From Bryobacterales bacterium (GTDB lineage: Bacteria > Acidobacteriota > Terriglobia > Bryobacterales > UBA6623): a DNA stretch of 64,000 bases. Positions 62,258 to 64,000 of the stretch are shown in pieces (position 1 is the stretch's first letter; every line of letters starts with the position of its first letter). The notes under the pieces were generated by a model. The model was not told where the DNA came from. It worked only from the letters and a program-made list of their open reading frames with translations, and did not search any database. The translations under genes and the position numbers were made by a program. The stretch covers positions 5,473,625-5,537,624 of the forward strand of contig OZ244172.1 of NCBI GenBank assembly GCA_965216545.1, in the 5' to 3' direction.

Positions 62258-64000
62258 CTAGCGGATCGTCACGATGACGGGCCGCGATTGATGGCCGTTG
62301 AGTTGGACCACCAGCTCCTGATCGCCCGTGGGCGTAAAGAAGCTCGGCTCGATGATCATCTGCGCCACGCCTACCAAGCCGGGCGCCAAGGCCAGGAAGG
62401 TAACCTTGGCTTCTTGGCCGGCGATGAAGGCGCGCGCCTTCGCCGGCGAATAGACCAGCGGCGTCACGCCCGCGGCGCGGCCGGTCGGCCAGGCGGGAGC
62501 CACGCGGCCTTGTCCGGTGAAGAAGACCGTTATCGGGCTCAGCCGCGGGTGGGCGTTCGTAGGCGAGTTTGCGGTCCCGTCGGCGTTGAGCGCCGAGGCG
62601 TGGCCGTCCGCGGAGGCGAACACGCCTGGAGCCGATGGAGTCAGCGCCACGCCCACTTGCGGCGTGCGTGCATCGCCAATGGCGACCTCTAGGCGCACCT
62701 CGGCGCGGCCGGCGACCTCGAACGGCATCTGGAACTCGATCTCCGTGTCGCTGAGGCTGATCATTGGCGCCTCGGCCAGGAAGCCGCCCCAGGTCTCGTA
62801 GAGCAGCACCTTGACGCCATCGAGCTCGGCGGGCAAATGATCTTGGTTGCGGCCGGTGTAGCTGCTGCGCACGCCCTCGGGCGGCCCGCCCATGTTGGCG
62901 CCGAGGATGCGGCCCAACGAGCCGGCCGCGAGCAGCGGCTGACCAGATGCGGCGTTGACGACCGAGCCTTGGCTGATCTGGGGCGTCGGTCGCGGCTGCA
63001 CAGCCAGGCGCAGGCTGCCCTGGATGATCGCCGGCGGCACGGTCGTGCCGAGCGCGCGGACGAAGATCTGGAACGGGTAGGAGCCAGCGGCCAAGCCCTC
63101 GGTATCGATCGAGACCGTCACCTCGCTCGATGGCGTACCTTCGGTCTCAGAGAGCTGAACGCGGTCTTTGATAACGCCGATCACCTCCGCTCCCCAACGC
63201 GCGGGCGGTCCCGAAGCGCTGATGCGCATGGTTTGCGGCTCGGGGGGCGCCTGCGTCGCGACGGCGTTGAAGCTCAGCCCCTGCGGCAGCGCGGTGATGG
63301 TCTGCGGCAGCGGCGGGGTGTCGTCGGTGAGCAGTGCGAAGTTGTCGAGCGAGTTGCGCTCGACGCCTTCGGCGTGGTCGGCGCTGACTTCGATGCGCGC
63401 GACGTTGCCGAGCACGGCGGCGAAGTCGGCTGAGCCCGATTCGCGCTCCCAAGCCGAGGGAGTCAACGGCGCGACCTGGCGGCCCCACAACTCAACCGGC
63501 GGCGCGCCGTCCCAGCGATAGACCGAGCCGGCGCCGAAGATCCAGATGCGGACCGGCCGGATCGCGCCCTCTTCGGACTCGTGGCGGAAATCAAATTCGA
63601 AACGCGGGTTCTCGAGGTTGGAATAGATCCCCAAGTAGTCGATCGGCGCCACGAAGGCGTCCTCGCGCGGGCCTCCATCGCCGGTCTCGGCCAGCACCAG
63701 CCGGCCTCCCGGGTTGCCCTCGTCCTCGGCCCAAAGCAGGGTCGAGCTCGGATCGCCTACGGTTGCGCCGACTACGCTCATGTCGACGGGGTAGTTGCGC
63801 GTCCATTCGTCGAAGCCGGCGGCAAAGCTGGTGATCGTGGGCAGCACGTCGACGGCCGGGCGGTCGCCGCGGGTGCGGATGCGCACGTTGTCCAGCCCGC
63901 TCATGCCGCCGTTGAGCACGAACGTCGAGCGGATCTCGATGCGCCTGGGGTCCGACATCACGTCGACCCAGCGTGCGTCGTCGTGGAGCTTGCGCCAGTG
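62258..64000 (-). CDS. secreted protein with TIGR03437-type (Solibacter C-terminal, IPT/TIG-like) domain; 5' end beyond the window
   Basis: The frame stays open to position 64000. C-terminal SVVNAASGQP...APGVFASADGHASALNADGT...FFTGQGRV...LALAPGLVGVAQMII...RPVIVTIR matches the Solibacter C-terminal domain pattern. Confidence 0.7.
   Translation of the reverse strand, partial: HWRKLHDDARWVDVMSDPRRIEIRSTFVLNGGMSGLDNVRIRTRGDRPAVDVLPTITSFAAGFDEWTRNYPVDMSVVGATVGDPSSTLLWAEDEGNPGGRLVLAETGDGGPREDAFVAPIDYLGIYSNLENPRFEFDFRHESEEGAIRPVRIWIFGAGSVYRWDGAPPVELWGRQVAPLTPSAWERESGSADFAAVLGNVARIEVSADHAEGVERNSLDNFALLTDDTPPLPQTITALPQGLSFNAVATQAPPEPQTMRISASGPPARWGAEVIGVIKDRVQLSETEGTPSSEVTVSIDTEGLAAGSYPFQIFVRALGTTVPPAIIQGSLRLAVQPRPTPQISQGSVVNAASGQPLLAAGSLGRILGANMGGPPEGVRSSYTGRNQDHLPAELDGVKVLLYETWGGFLAEAPMISLSDTEIEFQMPFEVAGRAEVRLEVAIGDARTPQVGVALTPSAPGVFASADGHASALNADGTANSPTNAHPRLSPITVFFTGQGRVAPAWPTGRAAGVTPLVYSPAKARAFIAGQEAKVTFLALAPGLVGVAQMIIEPSFFTPTGDQELVVQLNGHQSRPVIVTIR

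Overview
High-GC bacterial chromosome segment. The gene content looks Acidobacteriota-like: a TIGR03437-type 'Solibacter C-terminal' domain, two PSD1/DUF1553 + DUF1501 gene pairs, a CarboxypepD_reg-type TonB receptor and many Tat-signal enzymes. I support about 58 protein-coding genes and found no rRNA, tRNA or CRISPR array. Housekeeping genes include rho, infC, an HU/IHF-like gene, rarA, coaX, pcm, yajQ, panE and a phoH-ybeY-CNNM-era-BON operon. Accessory content includes three type II toxin-antitoxin loci (a decayed higB-like toxin with an intact XRE antitoxin, hicB-hicA, phd-vapC), transposase remnants, and an ankyrin / choice-of-anchor-D / orphan secreted protein islet. Findings most worth a second look: (1) a 1006-aa surface protein ordered OmpA_C anchor, coiled coil, barrel-like segment, PKD/Ig array, which mimics an inverse autotransporter; (2) an orphan 809-aa HerA/FtsK-like ATPase next to a DUF4332 gene; (3) a dispersed ~80-nt composite palindromic repeat at four intergenic loci; (4) a six-copy GGGAC heptamer / G-tract array immediately after the start codon of a DUF1501 gene; (5) near-leaderless promoters on both PSD1 genes; (6) a probable ATT start and alternative-hairpin leader for infC; (7) a CxxCH heme domain fused to a PHM-like copper monooxygenase. 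Many long ORFs in the six-frame track are antisense shadows typical of high-GC DNA and were rejected. The ORF track uses alternative start codons, so several starts were re-set from signal peptides, SD motifs or homology-expected N-termini. Small-motif coordinates were indexed by hand and may be off by 1-2 nt. Family assignments rest on motif recognition only; no database search was run.
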